Assembly (NCBI GenBank): GCA_051418015.1
Contig: JBPRGF010000017.1
Coordinates: 32,001 to 96,000, forward strand
Direction of reading: 5' to 3'
Source of the DNA: Candidatus Nitrospinota bacterium M3_3B_026
GTDB lineage: Bacteria > Nitrospinota_A > UBA7883 > JBPRGF01
Length of the DNA: 64,000 bases
Below are positions 1 through 10,618 of this stretch, piece after piece. A model generated the notes under the pieces. That model ran no database searches and was not told where the DNA came from. It saw only the letters and a program-made list of their open reading frames with translations. Each line of letters starts with the position of its first letter. Position 1 is the first letter of the stretch. The position numbers and the translations under genes are program-made.

Positions 1-2
1 CC

Positions 3-65
3 GAACGGATCGAAAACCGGTCCCCGATCCTTGCCGAGCGGGGCCTTATCAGCCTGAAGGTGTGA
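3..65 (+). CDS. 3' end of an upstream gene (partial), possibly FliK-like hook-length control protein
   Basis: Open frame ERIENRSPILAERGLISLKV* ending 2 nt before the FlhB-like gene. The ISLKV-type end and this gene order are typical of FliK-like genes. Only 20 codons are visible. Confidence 0.4.
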   Translation, partial: ERIENRSPILAERGLISLKV

Positions 66-67
66 CG

Positions 68-361
68 ATGGCGGAGGACGAGGCGAAAGGGCGCAAAAAA
101 GCCGTGGCGCTGAAATACAAGTCCGGCGAACAGTCCGCCCCCTCCGTGGCCGCCAAGGGCGCGGGACAGACCGCCGAGAGGATCATAAAAATCGCCAGGG
201 AAAACAACATTCCCATCAAGGAAGACCCCGACCTCGTGGAGACCCTCTCCCGGCTGGACCTTTACCAGGAGATACCGCCGGAGCTTTACCACGTCATCGC
301 CGAAGTCCTCGCCTGGGTTTACAGGGTAAACGCGGGCTACGAAGGCCGGGCCGGAAAATGA
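68..361 (+). CDS. FlhB cytoplasmic-domain-like protein (EscU/YscU/HrcU switch family, stand-alone)
   Basis: KAVALKY...APSVAAKGAG.TAERII..ARENNIPI.EDPDLVETLSRLDLYQEIPPELYHVIAEVLAWVY matches the FlhB C-terminal fragment family. Confidence 0.9.
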   Translation: MAEDEAKGRKKAVALKYKSGEQSAPSVAAKGAGQTAERIIKIARENNIPIKEDPDLVETLSRLDLYQEIPPELYHVIAEVLAWVYRVNAGYEGRAGK

Positions 362-373
362 CGGTGGGGCGCC

Positions 374-1033
374 CTACCAGGCGTATCCCGCGAAGACGCC
401 GAAGCTCATATAATCCGCGCTCACGCTCTGCCCGGCGATGTCCATCCTAGCGCCCATGACGGCCCGCGCGCCAGCGCCGATGAGAAAGCCTCCATACACC
501 CGCGCCCCAGCCTCCAGCGCGACAAAAGCGCCCGCCGCCGACCCCGAGGCGCCGGACGACCTCCCCTGCGACGAAGCGTCCAAAGACATGGAGACAAGCG
601 CCGCCCCGGCGGAAAGATCGATGAAAAACGGCGGGTGAATCTCGCGCCCCCAGCCCGGGCCGAATCGTATCTCGGAGAAGGACGACGATATGTCATAGCC
701 GCGCTGGATGGCCCAACCTTGCCCGTCTTTTGCCGCCGTGGCGGAGACGCTCCCCGCCGCCTTCGCCGCCTGGGAATAGCCCGCGACAAAGCGCCAGTCC
801 CCCTTCCCCACGGCGCCGGACAAACCGAAAACCGTCCGCCCCTCCACCGGCGCCCAGTCGCCGGAGGATAGGCCCAGGGCGCCTCCCTCGAGTTTCAGCG
901 ACCAGCTCCACGCGCTCCTCTTCTCCGCGGCGGCATCGAAGTCATTATCGGCGGCGAAGGCGCTAACAGGCGCGGCAGTCAGAAAAAGGATTATCAGGGC
1001 GCGCCCTGCCATCCCACTCCGGCGCGCCGTCAT
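374..1033 (-). CDS. Putative small outer-membrane beta-barrel protein
   Basis: Signal peptide (ALIILFLTAAPVSAFA), alternating Gly/aromatic strands, C-terminal FAGYAW. Start overlaps the subtilase stop (ATGA). Confidence 0.6.
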   Translation of the reverse strand: MTARRSGMAGRALIILFLTAAPVSAFAADNDFDAAAEKRSAWSWSLKLEGGALGLSSGDWAPVEGRTVFGLSGAVGKGDWRFVAGYSQAAKAAGSVSATAAKDGQGWAIQRGYDISSSFSEIRFGPGWGREIHPPFFIDLSAGAALVSMSLDASSQGRSSGASGSAAGAFVALEAGARVYGGFLIGAGARAVMGARMDIAGQSVSADYMSFGVFAGYAW

Positions 1034-2505
1034 CGTTCCTCCGCATCGGCCACGGCGGGGAAGGCGTTTATCCGCCTCATGTCCTTCACGACGCCGCCGG
1101 GGTATGGGTCGTCGAAGCTCTTGGCCGTTGAGCGCAGAATATCGACGATATCCGAAACACCGAGGCCCGGCGCGGCCTGCCGCATGAGGGCGAAGGCGCC
1201 CGCCACGTGGGGCGCGGCCATGGACGTGCCGTGCCATTCCACGACCCTGTTTCCGGGATAGGCGGACCTTATCGAGGAGCCGGGCGCGGCCAGGGTGACG
1301 AAGGAGGCGGTGTTGGAGTAATAGGCCAGGGTGTCTTTTCCATGGGGGCAGTAGTCCTCCTGCCAGCCGTCGCACGTGGCGGCGACGCTGACGGCGGCGC
1401 CGACGCAGGCGGGCTCGGCTATGGCGTCGACATAATATTCATTGCCCGTGGCGGCCACGACAGCTATTCCCGCGGAGCGAAGGTTGTCCATGAAAGGTTT
1501 GTAGGGCGAGCCGTCGCAATAGCCCGTGTTCTCGCCGCCCCCGAGGCTTAAGTTGACGGCGGCGATGCTGTACAAGTCCCGCAGCGAATAGACCCATTCC
1601 ATCCCGGAGAGAACGTCGCTCGTGAACGACAGGGCGCAGGGCGGATCGTCACAGAAGACGCCGCTGTCGAAACGGGTGAACACCTGGACGGCGATGATGC
1701 CCGCGCCATGCGCCACGCCGCGCAGGCCCCATCCTCCGTCGCGCCCCGCGGCTATTCCCGCGACATGCGTGCCGTGGCCGCAGCCGGCTATGTCCATGGA
1801 GCAGTTCAGGCCGCAGCCGGGGCCGGATGTGTCCTGGCATCCCGAATAGCAGACCGACGAGGCGTAGTAAGGATACACGTAGTAGTCGGTGGAAAAACAC
1901 GCCTCGGCGGCGACGGCGCCTGCGAGCATGGGGTGATTCTTGTCCACACCGGTGTCGAGGACCGCCACCGTCCAGCCGGAGCCGTCGACCTCTTCCACGC
2001 GGCTCTCCATGTCGTCCAGAACGATCCCCTGGACGGCCGACCCGCCGCCCGCCGAGTACGAGTCCGGCTCGTTGCGCACAAGCGGCTCGCTCTCGGAAAG
2101 CGACGGCTTCATCAGCCTGTCCTCGTACACCGCCTCCACGTCCCGTGACTCCGAGAGGCGGGCGAGCGCCTCCTCGTCCACGGCGAAGGCTATGAAAGGC
2201 GCCGTGGAGTATCGCTTGACGCCGGATATCCCCGTCCCGTCAAGCTCTTTGAGCAGCCTCGCCTGGGCGGACCTGATCTGTTCGCGCTGGGCCTGCGCGC
2301 GCGCGGCGGCGAGCGCTCCTTCGGGGGCGAAGTCCCTGCCGGTCCTCAGGCGGACGATGACCCTGGCCGATCCGCTTTCCCGGGCGATGTCCGCCAGGCT
2401 GGATATTCCGGACGCGCCGGGAGCGGAGGCTCTCGAGCCCGCCCGGGCCGAATCGGCGGCGATGAACGCAAGGGCCGTCAGCAGACACAAAAACCATAGG
2501 CGCAT
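1030..2505 (-). CDS. Secreted S8 subtilisin-like serine peptidase with propeptide
   Basis: Catalytic motifs AVLDTGV, HGTHVAG, GTSMAAPHVAG; signal peptide; GGGGAGG RBS before ATG 2505. Confidence 0.92.
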   Translation of the reverse strand: MRLWFLCLLTALAFIAADSARAGSRASAPGASGISSLADIARESGSARVIVRLRTGRDFAPEGALAAARAQAQREQIRSAQARLLKELDGTGISGVKRYSTAPFIAFAVDEEALARLSESRDVEAVYEDRLMKPSLSESEPLVRNEPDSYSAGGGSAVQGIVLDDMESRVEEVDGSGWTVAVLDTGVDKNHPMLAGAVAAEACFSTDYYVYPYYASSVCYSGCQDTSGPGCGLNCSMDIAGCGHGTHVAGIAAGRDGGWGLRGVAHGAGIIAVQVFTRFDSGVFCDDPPCALSFTSDVLSGMEWVYSLRDLYSIAAVNLSLGGGENTGYCDGSPYKPFMDNLRSAGIAVVAATGNEYYVDAIAEPACVGAAVSVAATCDGWQEDYCPHGKDTLAYYSNTASFVTLAAPGSSIRSAYPGNRVVEWHGTSMAAPHVAGAFALMRQAAPGLGVSDIVDILRSTAKSFDDPYPGGVVKDMRRINAFPAVADAEER

Positions 2506-2635
2506 TCTCACCCTCCCCGAAAAGACGAAAACGACGGCTATTAGATTTTCCCGGAAACCAGTATAAAGAATATATACCCAACGCCCATGGACGGGGAGAA
2601 AGAATCTTTTTTTTTTCGCGGGACCCCGGCGGGGG

Positions 2636-2890
2636 CTATTCCTTCGCCGACCCGGAGCGGCCCGGAGGATCCTGCGCGGGGCGGGGGTTTTTTATCAGGC
2701 GGAATCTTTTTTTACGGCCGTCCTCGGGAAGGCCCACGTTCTCCGGCGCGCCCTCATCCATTTCCACGCCGAGGGACTTGAGCACGGCGTCGAGCTTCTT
2801 CTCGAGCCGCACGGACCTTTGGTATCCCTTGTACCGCATCCAGCTGACGAGTATGACCACGATGGTGATGTAAAGCCACTTGACGCTCAT
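2636..2890 (-). CDS. Small hypothetical membrane protein
   Basis: N-terminal TM helix (WLYITIVVILVSW); co-oriented with the operon. Confidence 0.5.
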   Translation of the reverse strand: MSVKWLYITIVVILVSWMRYKGYQRSVRLEKKLDAVLKSLGVEMDEGAPENVGLPEDGRKKRFRLIKNPRPAQDPPGRSGSAKE

Positions 2891-2954
2891 TTTCCGCGCC
2901 TGTCCCCTCCTTTTCCTGATGAAGGTCTCTTATAGAACATTTCCCGGCGGCGGG

Positions 2955-4040
2955 TCAATCCAGAAGCTCGTAATACATGTTCCTGCGCCGCGGCGTCATG
3001 CCGATATTTTCTATTATGACGCGGATATCCTTCTCCGACATCCTGAAAGAGACCCCCGCCGCCGCGACGACGTTCTCCTCCATCATCGTCGAGCCCATGT
3101 CGTTGGCGCCGAACATGAGCGCCACCTGGGCCACCTTCGGCCCCTGGGTAACCCACGAGGCCTGTATGTTCTTCACGTTGTCGAGGTAGAGCCGCGAGAC
3201 GGCCAGCGTCCTCAGGTAGTCGAACCCTCCCGCGGGATGGACGCCGGTCATCGCCGTGTTTTCGGGCTGGAAGGGCCACGGGATGAAGGCGGTGAACCCT
3301 CCCGTCTCGTCCTGCAGGTCGCGTATCCGGCGCATGCTCTCCACCCTCTGCTCGACGGTCTCCACGTGGCCGAACATCATCGTGGCGGTGGTCCTCATCC
3401 CCTGCCGGTGGGCCTGCCGCATCACCTCTATCCACTCGTCCGCCGAGCATTTGCGGGGGCTGATCCTTTTACGGACGGCGCCGGAGAGTATCTCCGCCCC
3501 GCCGCCGGGGATGGAGTCCAGCCCCGCCGCGGAAAGCCTCGCTATGGTCTCTGCCACGGACAGGCCCGAAAGCTCCGCTATATGCTGTATCTCAGGCGGC
3601 GAGAAGGCGTGGACGTGGACGCCGTGTCTCGACTTTATGTGGCGGAGCAGGTCCTCGTACCACTCGATGGTATACGAGGGATGCAGTCCGCCCTGCATCA
3701 GTATCTGGACGCCGGCGGCGGCCTTCGTCTCCTCTATCTTCCTGTCGATCTCGTCGGGGGAGAGGACATAGCCATCCTCGTCCCCCTCCACCCGGTAGAA
3801 GGCGCAGAAGTCACACCAGGAGACGCAAAGGTTCGTGTAGTTTATGTTTCTGTCTATAACGTAGGTGACGATGTTGTCCGGCTTTACGCGCCTCCTGGCG
3901 GCGTGGGCGGCGCGGCCCATGGACAGAAGATCGCTCGATCTCAAGAGGGCGGAGGCCTCATCGTCGGAAAGACGGCGCGCCCCGGCCGCCGCGCCCTCAA
4001 GCGCCTTTTCGAGGTCGAACACCGCCGCGTCTTCCGTCAT
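2955..4040 (-). CDS. mqnC: Cyclic dehypoxanthinyl futalosine synthase (CofH/MqnC radical SAM)
   Basis: YVIDRNINYTNLCVSWCDFCAF, QILMQGGLHP, PGGGAEIL, QASWVTQG, GSTMMEENVVAAAG. Confidence 0.88.
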   Translation of the reverse strand: MTEDAAVFDLEKALEGAAAGARRLSDDEASALLRSSDLLSMGRAAHAARRRVKPDNIVTYVIDRNINYTNLCVSWCDFCAFYRVEGDEDGYVLSPDEIDRKIEETKAAAGVQILMQGGLHPSYTIEWYEDLLRHIKSRHGVHVHAFSPPEIQHIAELSGLSVAETIARLSAAGLDSIPGGGAEILSGAVRKRISPRKCSADEWIEVMRQAHRQGMRTTATMMFGHVETVEQRVESMRRIRDLQDETGGFTAFIPWPFQPENTAMTGVHPAGGFDYLRTLAVSRLYLDNVKNIQASWVTQGPKVAQVALMFGANDMGSTMMEENVVAAAGVSFRMSEKDIRVIIENIGMTPRRRNMYYELLD

Positions 4041-5317
4041 GACCGTTCCCCATCCCGGCTTTCGCCGCCGCCCCTTTCCTCCCTGAGGTCCAGAAGCTCC
4101 ACGGAGATCACGGCCCTGGGGGTGGCGTCCAGCACGGTGATAAGATACGGGCCTATCGCCATTTTCTCCCTCTTGTTCGGTATGCGTTCCAGAGCGTCGT
4201 TCATGAATCCGCCCAGCGTCTCGTAGTCGCCCGTGGGCAGGTCCAGGCCCAGCTCCTCGTTGATTATGTCCACCTCCATTGTAGCGTCAATTATGTATTT
4301 TCCCTCCTCCAGCCTCTCGTAGAACTTCACCGGGCGGTCATACTCGTCCTCGATCTCGCCCACGATCTCCTCTAAAAGGTCCTCCATGGTGACGATCCCC
4401 ACCGCCGCGCCGTACTCGTCCACCACCACCGCCATATGTGTTCCCTTTTCCTGCATCTCTCTCATGAGGTCGGCGTTTTTCTTGGCGTCGGGCGTGTAGA
4501 GCGGGTCGGTCATGACGGTGTCCACTCTCTCCCCCCGGTCGGGCCAGCGGAGGATGTCGAAGGCGCTTATTATCCCCACTATGTTATATATCCTGTCGTG
4601 GAAGACCGGCAGGCGCGAAAACCCAGTCTCCGCCACCTTTTTCCTCGCCTCCGCCAGCGTGGCGCCGCTCTCCACGGCCACCACCTTCACAAGCGGCCTC
4701 ATGGCCGACTCCACGGAGCTGGACTTGAAGTCGAATATGCGGCTTATCATCTTCTTTTCGTCCTGGGCGATGTCCAGATCTTTACCGGTTATCCTGGCCA
4801 GGGACATGATCTCCTCCCGGGTGGCGAGAGCCGCCTTTATCTCCTCGCCTTTCAGGAAAATCCGCAGCGGCAGCTTGGCCAGAAAGGAGGTCACCACCAG
4901 CAAGGGGGTGAAAACCTTCTGGGCCAGGGCCAGAGGCTCCGCCAGGAGCCTGAGAGCCGTCTCCAACCGCTGGCGGACCAGCATCTTTGGGACTATCTCA
5001 CCCAGCACCAGGGTGACGGGGCCCATGATGATAAAGGAGTAAAGATCGGCCTCTGCGCCGATCCTCTCCGTCATGAAGGCCGTGACGATGGAGGCGGCGG
5101 CGAAGACACACACGTTCGTGCCGACGGAGGTGGTCCCGAAGATTTTGTCCGGCGATCTCAAAAGCCCCTCCACGGTCCTGGCGTATTCGTGGCCGCTCTC
5201 GGCCAGGTGGCGCAGCCTTATCCTGTTGAAGGAGATGAGCGCGAACTCGCCCCCGGAGAAAAAGCCCTCTGCCAGCAGAAAGAAGATGACGAGGACAACG
5301 GTAAGCGACAGGTCCAT
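4037..5317 (-). CDS. Hemolysin-family CNNM/CorB protein (DUF21-CBS-CorC)
   Basis: [60 protein letters not shown]. Confidence 0.9.
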   Translation of the reverse strand: MDLSLTVVLVIFFLLAEGFFSGGEFALISFNRIRLRHLAESGHEYARTVEGLLRSPDKIFGTTSVGTNVCVFAAASIVTAFMTERIGAEADLYSFIIMGPVTLVLGEIVPKMLVRQRLETALRLLAEPLALAQKVFTPLLVVTSFLAKLPLRIFLKGEEIKAALATREEIMSLARITGKDLDIAQDEKKMISRIFDFKSSSVESAMRPLVKVVAVESGATLAEARKKVAETGFSRLPVFHDRIYNIVGIISAFDILRWPDRGERVDTVMTDPLYTPDAKKNADLMREMQEKGTHMAVVVDEYGAAVGIVTMEDLLEEIVGEIEDEYDRPVKFYERLEEGKYIIDATMEVDIINEELGLDLPTGDYETLGGFMNDALERIPNKREKMAIGPYLITVLDATPRAVISVELLDLREERGGGESRDGERS

Positions 5318-5318
5318 G

Positions 5319-6584
5319 TCAGCCCTCCACTTCCTCTTTAAGCCGCACCTTCAGCTCCGTTATCCTGTGCCCCTTCACCCCCTCCACGGTGAAAGAGAAA
5401 CCGTCCGTCTCCACCTTCTCGCCCCACGAGGGCGCGCGGCCGAACAGGTGGAACACGAACCCGCCGATGGTCTCTATCTCCCCGTGGCCGAGGGAGGCGC
5501 CGAACCGCTCGTTGAAGTCCTCCAGCGGAAGGGACGCGGAGACACGGTAGACGTCCTGCGCAAGGCGGGTGACCATGTAGTCCGCCTCCCGCCCGTTCGG
5601 GGCGGACTCGCCGACCAGTTCGGAGATTATGTCCTCCATGGTGACGACCCCCTGCGTCCCTCCGTACTCGTCCATGGCTATGGCCATGTGGGCCTTCCTC
5701 TTCTTGAACTCGCGCAGAAGCTCGCTTATGGTCATCGTCTCCGGGACGATGAAAGGCTCGCGCAGGAGGCTTTTCAGGGTCACGGCTGGGTCCGGCGGAT
5801 ATTCCAGCTTCAGAAGATCCTTCTTGAACAGTATCCCTTCGATGTTGTCGATGTTCTCCCGGTAAACCGGCGCCCTGGCGTAGGGCGATTTCGCCATGAT
5901 GTCCCACGCCTCCTTCAGCGGCGTGTCCACCTCCAGCGCCACAAGGTCCGTCCTGGGGGTCATGACATCCTCCACGGCGCCCTCCCCCATCTCGAAAACG
6001 CCGTGGATCATCTCCTTTTCCTCTTCGGCGATGATCCCCTCCTCGGCGGCCTCCTCCATGAGCGTCTTGAACTCCTCCTCGGTGAACATCCCCCCCTCCC
6101 CCGCCGCGGAGCCGCCCATGAGCCGGACCACGCTGCCTGCAAGGCCCGTCACCACCACCTGGAAAGGGTGTATGGCCCACACGAAGGCGGACAAGGGATA
6201 GGCGGCCAGCAGCGCCCATTTTTCGTTGTTGTGATGGGCCACCGTTTTCGGGTTTATCTCGCCGAAGACCAGCAGCGCGAACGTGCCAGCCCCGAGCGCC
6301 ACCGCAAGACCCGCGTCGCCGAAAAGACTCAGGGCAAGGAACGTGGCCACGGCGGAGATGGCGACGTTGACCAGTTCGTTGCCTATGTAAATGCTGACCA
6401 GCAGCCGCTGGGGGTTGGAAAGCAGCGCGTCCACCTTCGCGCCGGTCCTGCCGCCGGTTTTCTTGAGCCTTTCCCTTGTCATGCGGGACAGGGAAAAGAA
6501 AGCCACTTCGCTGCCGGAGAAGAACCCGGAAACGAAAAGAAGCCCTATCAGCAGGAAAAACCTGGGATATAACGAGTCGTCCAT
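5319..6584 (-). CDS. Hemolysin-family CNNM/CorB protein (second paralog)
   Basis: GFFSGSEVAFFSL, FGEINPK, VMTPRTD, DEYGGTQGVVTMEDI, ETIGGF. Confidence 0.9.
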   Translation of the reverse strand: MDDSLYPRFFLLIGLLFVSGFFSGSEVAFFSLSRMTRERLKKTGGRTGAKVDALLSNPQRLLVSIYIGNELVNVAISAVATFLALSLFGDAGLAVALGAGTFALLVFGEINPKTVAHHNNEKWALLAAYPLSAFVWAIHPFQVVVTGLAGSVVRLMGGSAAGEGGMFTEEEFKTLMEEAAEEGIIAEEEKEMIHGVFEMGEGAVEDVMTPRTDLVALEVDTPLKEAWDIMAKSPYARAPVYRENIDNIEGILFKKDLLKLEYPPDPAVTLKSLLREPFIVPETMTISELLREFKKRKAHMAIAMDEYGGTQGVVTMEDIISELVGESAPNGREADYMVTRLAQDVYRVSASLPLEDFNERFGASLGHGEIETIGGFVFHLFGRAPSWGEKVETDGFSFTVEGVKGHRITELKVRLKEEVEG

Positions 6585-6646
6585 ATTCTCGGCGGCAAGA
6601 CCGCCAGGCCCTGTTCCTCCAGAAAAAGCGGCCGCGGGGCCACCGA

Positions 6647-8092
6647 TCAGGAAACCCCCGCTCCCTCGAGATCCTCGAGCTCTATGCTCTCCACCTCGCC
6701 GAACTCCGACAGGGGCTTGTCGAACCCGGACTGGTCGCCCACCACCACTATCTTGAGCGCGCCGGGCCTGAGGTACTCCCGCGCCACGCGCAGCACATCT
6801 TCGGCGTTCACCTCCATTATTCTGTCCCGGTAGGTCTCAAGGTAGTCATCCGGGTAATCGTAGTAATCCACCGTCAGCCGCTGGCTCATCAGCCGCTGGG
6901 GGGTGTCGAAGATGAATATAAAAGAGTTCACGATAGAGTCCTTCGCCCGCTTTAGCTCCTCGGGGATGACCTTTTCCTCACGGATCCTGCGCGCTTCCTC
7001 GAGCATCAGCCGTATAGTCTTCGCGGTGCTCCCGGTCTTCGTCTCCGCCCCCAGCCTCACGCTGCCGATCTCCATCCGCCCGCCGAAGTGGTAGGACCAG
7101 ACGGAGTAGGCCAGACCGTGGTCCGTCCGCACGGTCTTCACCAGCCGCGAGGAAAAACCGGAGCCGCCCAGGATGTGGTTCATTACCCTGAAGGCGAAAT
7201 AGTCCGGGTCCGTCCTGCGAAGGGCCAGATGTCCCATGCGGATGACGGACTGCCCGAGGCTCTTCTCCGCGACGTACACGCCTCCCTTGCCCTTCTCCTT
7301 CGCGGGCTCCACGGCGGGATACTCAGGGTCCGGCCCGCTCCACCCGGCGAAGACCTCCTCCAGCCTGGCGATTATCTTCTCCTCGTCGAAATCGCCAGTC
7401 ACGCCGAGGATGAAGTTCTGGGGGACGAAGTATTTTTCGTGGAAGGCCATCACGTCCTCACGGGTAATGGATTTCACCGACTCGGTGGTCGGCGTCCGCC
7501 CGTAGGGCGTCCCGGCGTAGAGCAGCTCCCGAAGCTCTCTCGACGCTATCTCCTGCGGGTCATCGTTCTGGCGGCGGATGGAATCGAGCATACGCGCCCT
7601 GGCAAGCTCCAGCCTGTCCTCGTCGAAGGCGGGGTTTCGTATCACGTCGGCGAAAAGCTCCAGCCCCACGCCGATGTCCCTGGACAGGACCGAGAGCATG
7701 GCGCTGCCGCTCTCCTCCCCTATGGAGGTCTCCACGGAGCCGCCGATCATCTCCAGCCTCTCGTCCAGATCCTCCGGCGGCAGAGTTTTCGTCCCGCCGG
7801 AGCGGATGGCCGCGCCGGTCAGGGACGCAAGGCCCGCCTTGTCCTCAGGCTCCCACCTCGCGCCGACGCGGATCATCGCCGCCACGTTGAAGACGGGAAG
7901 CTCGCGGTCCGGCAGCAGGTGGACGGTCATGCCGTTGCTCAGCGTCACGCGCTTCGTCTCCGGTATCCGTGTTTTTATTGGGGGGTATTCAAGCTCTGCC
8001 AGCGAAGGCTCTTTGCCCGCCCCCGGCGCCGCGCATGAAAGCAGCGCCGCGGCGGCCAGCGAAAGCGAGAACGCGGCCACGGCCCTAATCAT
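6647..8092 (-). CDS. M16 (pitrilysin) family non-catalytic subunit, probable lipoprotein
   Basis: LSNGMTV, GLASLT..AIRSGGT (no HxxEH), ILGGSGFSSRL...R...GLAY; lipobox-like LLSC. Confidence 0.85.
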   Translation of the reverse strand: MIRAVAAFSLSLAAAALLSCAAPGAGKEPSLAELEYPPIKTRIPETKRVTLSNGMTVHLLPDRELPVFNVAAMIRVGARWEPEDKAGLASLTGAAIRSGGTKTLPPEDLDERLEMIGGSVETSIGEESGSAMLSVLSRDIGVGLELFADVIRNPAFDEDRLELARARMLDSIRRQNDDPQEIASRELRELLYAGTPYGRTPTTESVKSITREDVMAFHEKYFVPQNFILGVTGDFDEEKIIARLEEVFAGWSGPDPEYPAVEPAKEKGKGGVYVAEKSLGQSVIRMGHLALRRTDPDYFAFRVMNHILGGSGFSSRLVKTVRTDHGLAYSVWSYHFGGRMEIGSVRLGAETKTGSTAKTIRLMLEEARRIREEKVIPEELKRAKDSIVNSFIFIFDTPQRLMSQRLTVDYYDYPDDYLETYRDRIMEVNAEDVLRVAREYLRPGALKIVVVGDQSGFDKPLSEFGEVESIELEDLEGAGVS

Positions 8093-9617
8093 TCTCTTCG
8101 CTCCGCGTCAGGGTGGCCACGGTCATGTTGTCTTTCGTGAAATATTTTTCCGCCACGCGGATTATGTCCTCCGGCGTCACGGCCTTTATCCTCTCCATCT
8201 CCCGCAAAACCTCCCGCCAGTCGCCCGTGACCTGCTGGTAATAGGTCAGCAGGCGGGCCATGCCGTAGTGGGAAACCAGGCCGCGGATGAAGTCCGCCTC
8301 CATGTTGTTTATCACCTTCTCGAGCTCCTTTTCCGGCACGGGCTCGGTCTTCAGCCTCTCGAGCTCATCCCACACCGCCTCCTCGACGTCCATGGTTGTA
8401 TGCGGCGGCATCGGCTCTCCCGCTATCGTGAAAAGGTTCGGATGCCGGGAGCCGGGAACCGTGAAAGTCCCCACGGATACCGCGACCTTCTTCTTCTCCA
8501 CTATGTTCCTGTAGAACCTGCTGGTGCGCCCCTGGGAGAGAATGGAGTCTATTACGCTGAAGACGTAGTCGTCGGGCTCAGGGAACGTCGGCTTGTGAAA
8601 ACCCATCATGAAGGATGGGTTAGCGTCGAAGACCACCTCAATCCGGCGCTCCCCTCCCTGCGGCGGCTCCTTTGTCGGGCGCCTGACCGGCAACGGCCGG
8701 GCAGGCAGGGGGCCGAAATATTTCTCGATCGTCTTTTTTACGTTCTCGAAGTCAAGATCACCCACGATGGCGATGACGGCGTTGTTCGGGGCGTACCAGG
8801 TGTCCCAGAACCTTTTCACCTCCCCCAGCGGCAAAACCGCGATGTCCGACTCCCACCCGATGATCGGCCATCCGTAGGGGCTGGCTATAAACGCCGCGGA
8901 GAGGAAACGCTCGTAGAGCTTGCCCTGGGGCCTGTTCTCGTAGCTTCGCCGCCGCTCCTCCATGACAACGTCCCGTTCAGCGTAATATTCCCGCATAACG
9001 GCGTCGCGCATCCTGTCGCTTTCTATCCAGGCCCAAAGCTCCAGCTTGTTGGCGGGCAGACGGATTATGTAGGTCGTCAGGTCCTTGCTCGTTCCGGCGT
9101 TGAACCCCACTCCCCCTTCGGCGGTGTATATCTTCGAGTAGCTGTCGGAGATTACATATTTCTTCTGCTCCCTCTGCGCTTCGGCGAGCTTTTCCCGGAG
9201 CTCTTTTATCTCCTCCTCCGGCGCGCCCTCGCGCTTTGCGCTGTCGAGCTTGTCGCCGATCTCCCACACCTTCTCAAGGAGCGGTTTTTCCTTCTCCCAG
9301 TCCTTCGTCCCGATGGTGGTGGTACCCTTGAACAGCATGTGTTCGAGCATGTGCGCCGCCCCGGTGTAGCCGGAGCGCTCCTCCACGGAGCCGACCTTGA
9401 AGGCTATGTGGGCGGCGAAGATAGGCGCGCCGCGCCGCTCGAGGAAAAGGACCCTGAGGCCGTTGTCCAGGGTGAATTCCCGGACGCGTTCCTCCAGGTC
9501 GAACGCGGCGGCGGGCGAGCACAGAATAAGCGCGTAAAGGACGGCCGCCTGAAGATATGATGATATACGAAGCCCGGCCCGCCGGCCGGGGTCAGGTTCT
9601 CCCGATGATTCTTCCAT
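8085..9617 (-). CDS. M16 family zinc peptidase, catalytic subunit
   Basis: HxxEH motif GAAHMLEHMLFKGT, NAGTS.D.T.Y, ERDVVMEERR. Start codon uncertain. Confidence 0.9.
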   Translation of the reverse strand: MEESSGEPDPGRRAGLRISSYLQAAVLYALILCSPAAAFDLEERVREFTLDNGLRVLFLERRGAPIFAAHIAFKVGSVEERSGYTGAAHMLEHMLFKGTTTIGTKDWEKEKPLLEKVWEIGDKLDSAKREGAPEEEIKELREKLAEAQREQKKYVISDSYSKIYTAEGGVGFNAGTSKDLTTYIIRLPANKLELWAWIESDRMRDAVMREYYAERDVVMEERRRSYENRPQGKLYERFLSAAFIASPYGWPIIGWESDIAVLPLGEVKRFWDTWYAPNNAVIAIVGDLDFENVKKTIEKYFGPLPARPLPVRRPTKEPPQGGERRIEVVFDANPSFMMGFHKPTFPEPDDYVFSVIDSILSQGRTSRFYRNIVEKKKVAVSVGTFTVPGSRHPNLFTIAGEPMPPHTTMDVEEAVWDELERLKTEPVPEKELEKVINNMEADFIRGLVSHYGMARLLTYYQQVTGDWREVLREMERIKAVTPEDIIRVAEKYFTKDNMTVATLTRSEEND

Positions 9618-9772
9618 CAGGTTTGTGTGTCTTTCTCCTCCACCATTGCCATAGGCTTTTAATGATAAGAGAGCGCGGGGCCGGTGTCAACCTTCGCCGC
9701 GCTCCTTCAGGGCGGCGTGGCGCGGCGTTGATATCCGCCCGGCGCCGTCCTGGATCGGCGCGCGCTGGGCCT

Positions 9773-10513
9773 TCAATCGGTTATATCGACGGCCTTCCCG
9801 ACTGGCAGGTCCGTGAACACGGCGCCGCCCCCGCCGCTGGTGTACGTATAGACCGCGGCTCGGGCCGCGCCCTCCACCATCCCTGAACGCGCCGGGGCGG
9901 CCCTGCCCGCGTGCGCCCTGTAGGCGGCGTAGACCTTATCGATATACCTCATGGTCTCTCTGTAAGGGGGCGTCCCCCCGTATCTTTTGACGGCGGTGGG
10001 GCCGGCGTTATAGGCCGCGAGGGCGAGCCTTAAGTCCCCGCCGAACTCGTCGAGCATCATGCGAAGATACCGCGAGCCGCCGTCGATGTTCAGCGCCGGA
10101 TCGTAGACGTTGTGGACCCCCAGCAGCCGGGCCGTGCCGGGCATAAGCTGCATGAGCCCCCGCGCGCCTTTGCTGGAGATGGAAAACCGGTCGAAGCCGG
10201 ACTCCACTTCGATCACGGCTTTTATAAGCATGGGGTCGAGCCCGTGGCGCCGGGCGGCCTCCGTGATGATCCGGTCATACATCGAGCTTGCCGCCGGGCG
10301 GGAGCGCCCCGGCGTGAGGGCGGCCAGCGGCGCCCCCTTGGGGATGGTATAACTTTTTATTATTTCGTAGCCGGAGTTCGCGGGGGGCGTGTCGGTGAAA
10401 TATACGATCCCGCGGCTGTCGCGGAGCATGTAGATATCCGCCCGCGCCTGGCCGCATAGGATGAGAGCCATCGCCAGCGTAGCGATGACGGCGCGGGGCG
10501 TGAAAGTCGGCAT
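9773..10513 (-). CDS. Lytic transglycosylase (SLT domain) with DUF4124-like terminal motifs
   Basis: AVIEVESGF, GARGLMQLMPGTA, LAAYNAGP, ETMRY; IYM..DSRGIVYFTD at the N-terminus and VYTY...AVFTDLP at the C-terminus. Confidence 0.9.
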   Translation of the reverse strand: MPTFTPRAVIATLAMALILCGQARADIYMLRDSRGIVYFTDTPPANSGYEIIKSYTIPKGAPLAALTPGRSRPAASSMYDRIITEAARRHGLDPMLIKAVIEVESGFDRFSISSKGARGLMQLMPGTARLLGVHNVYDPALNIDGGSRYLRMMLDEFGGDLRLALAAYNAGPTAVKRYGGTPPYRETMRYIDKVYAAYRAHAGRAAPARSGMVEGAARAAVYTYTSGGGGAVFTDLPVGKAVDITD

Positions 10514-10618
10514 CGCGAAAAACTCCGCAAAAAAAGACCACCTGAAGAATTTTAACCGCGATTCGTATGATAAGTCAACGGGATAGAGGAATGACGCTGC
10601 GCGCCGAGGCGTACTGGA

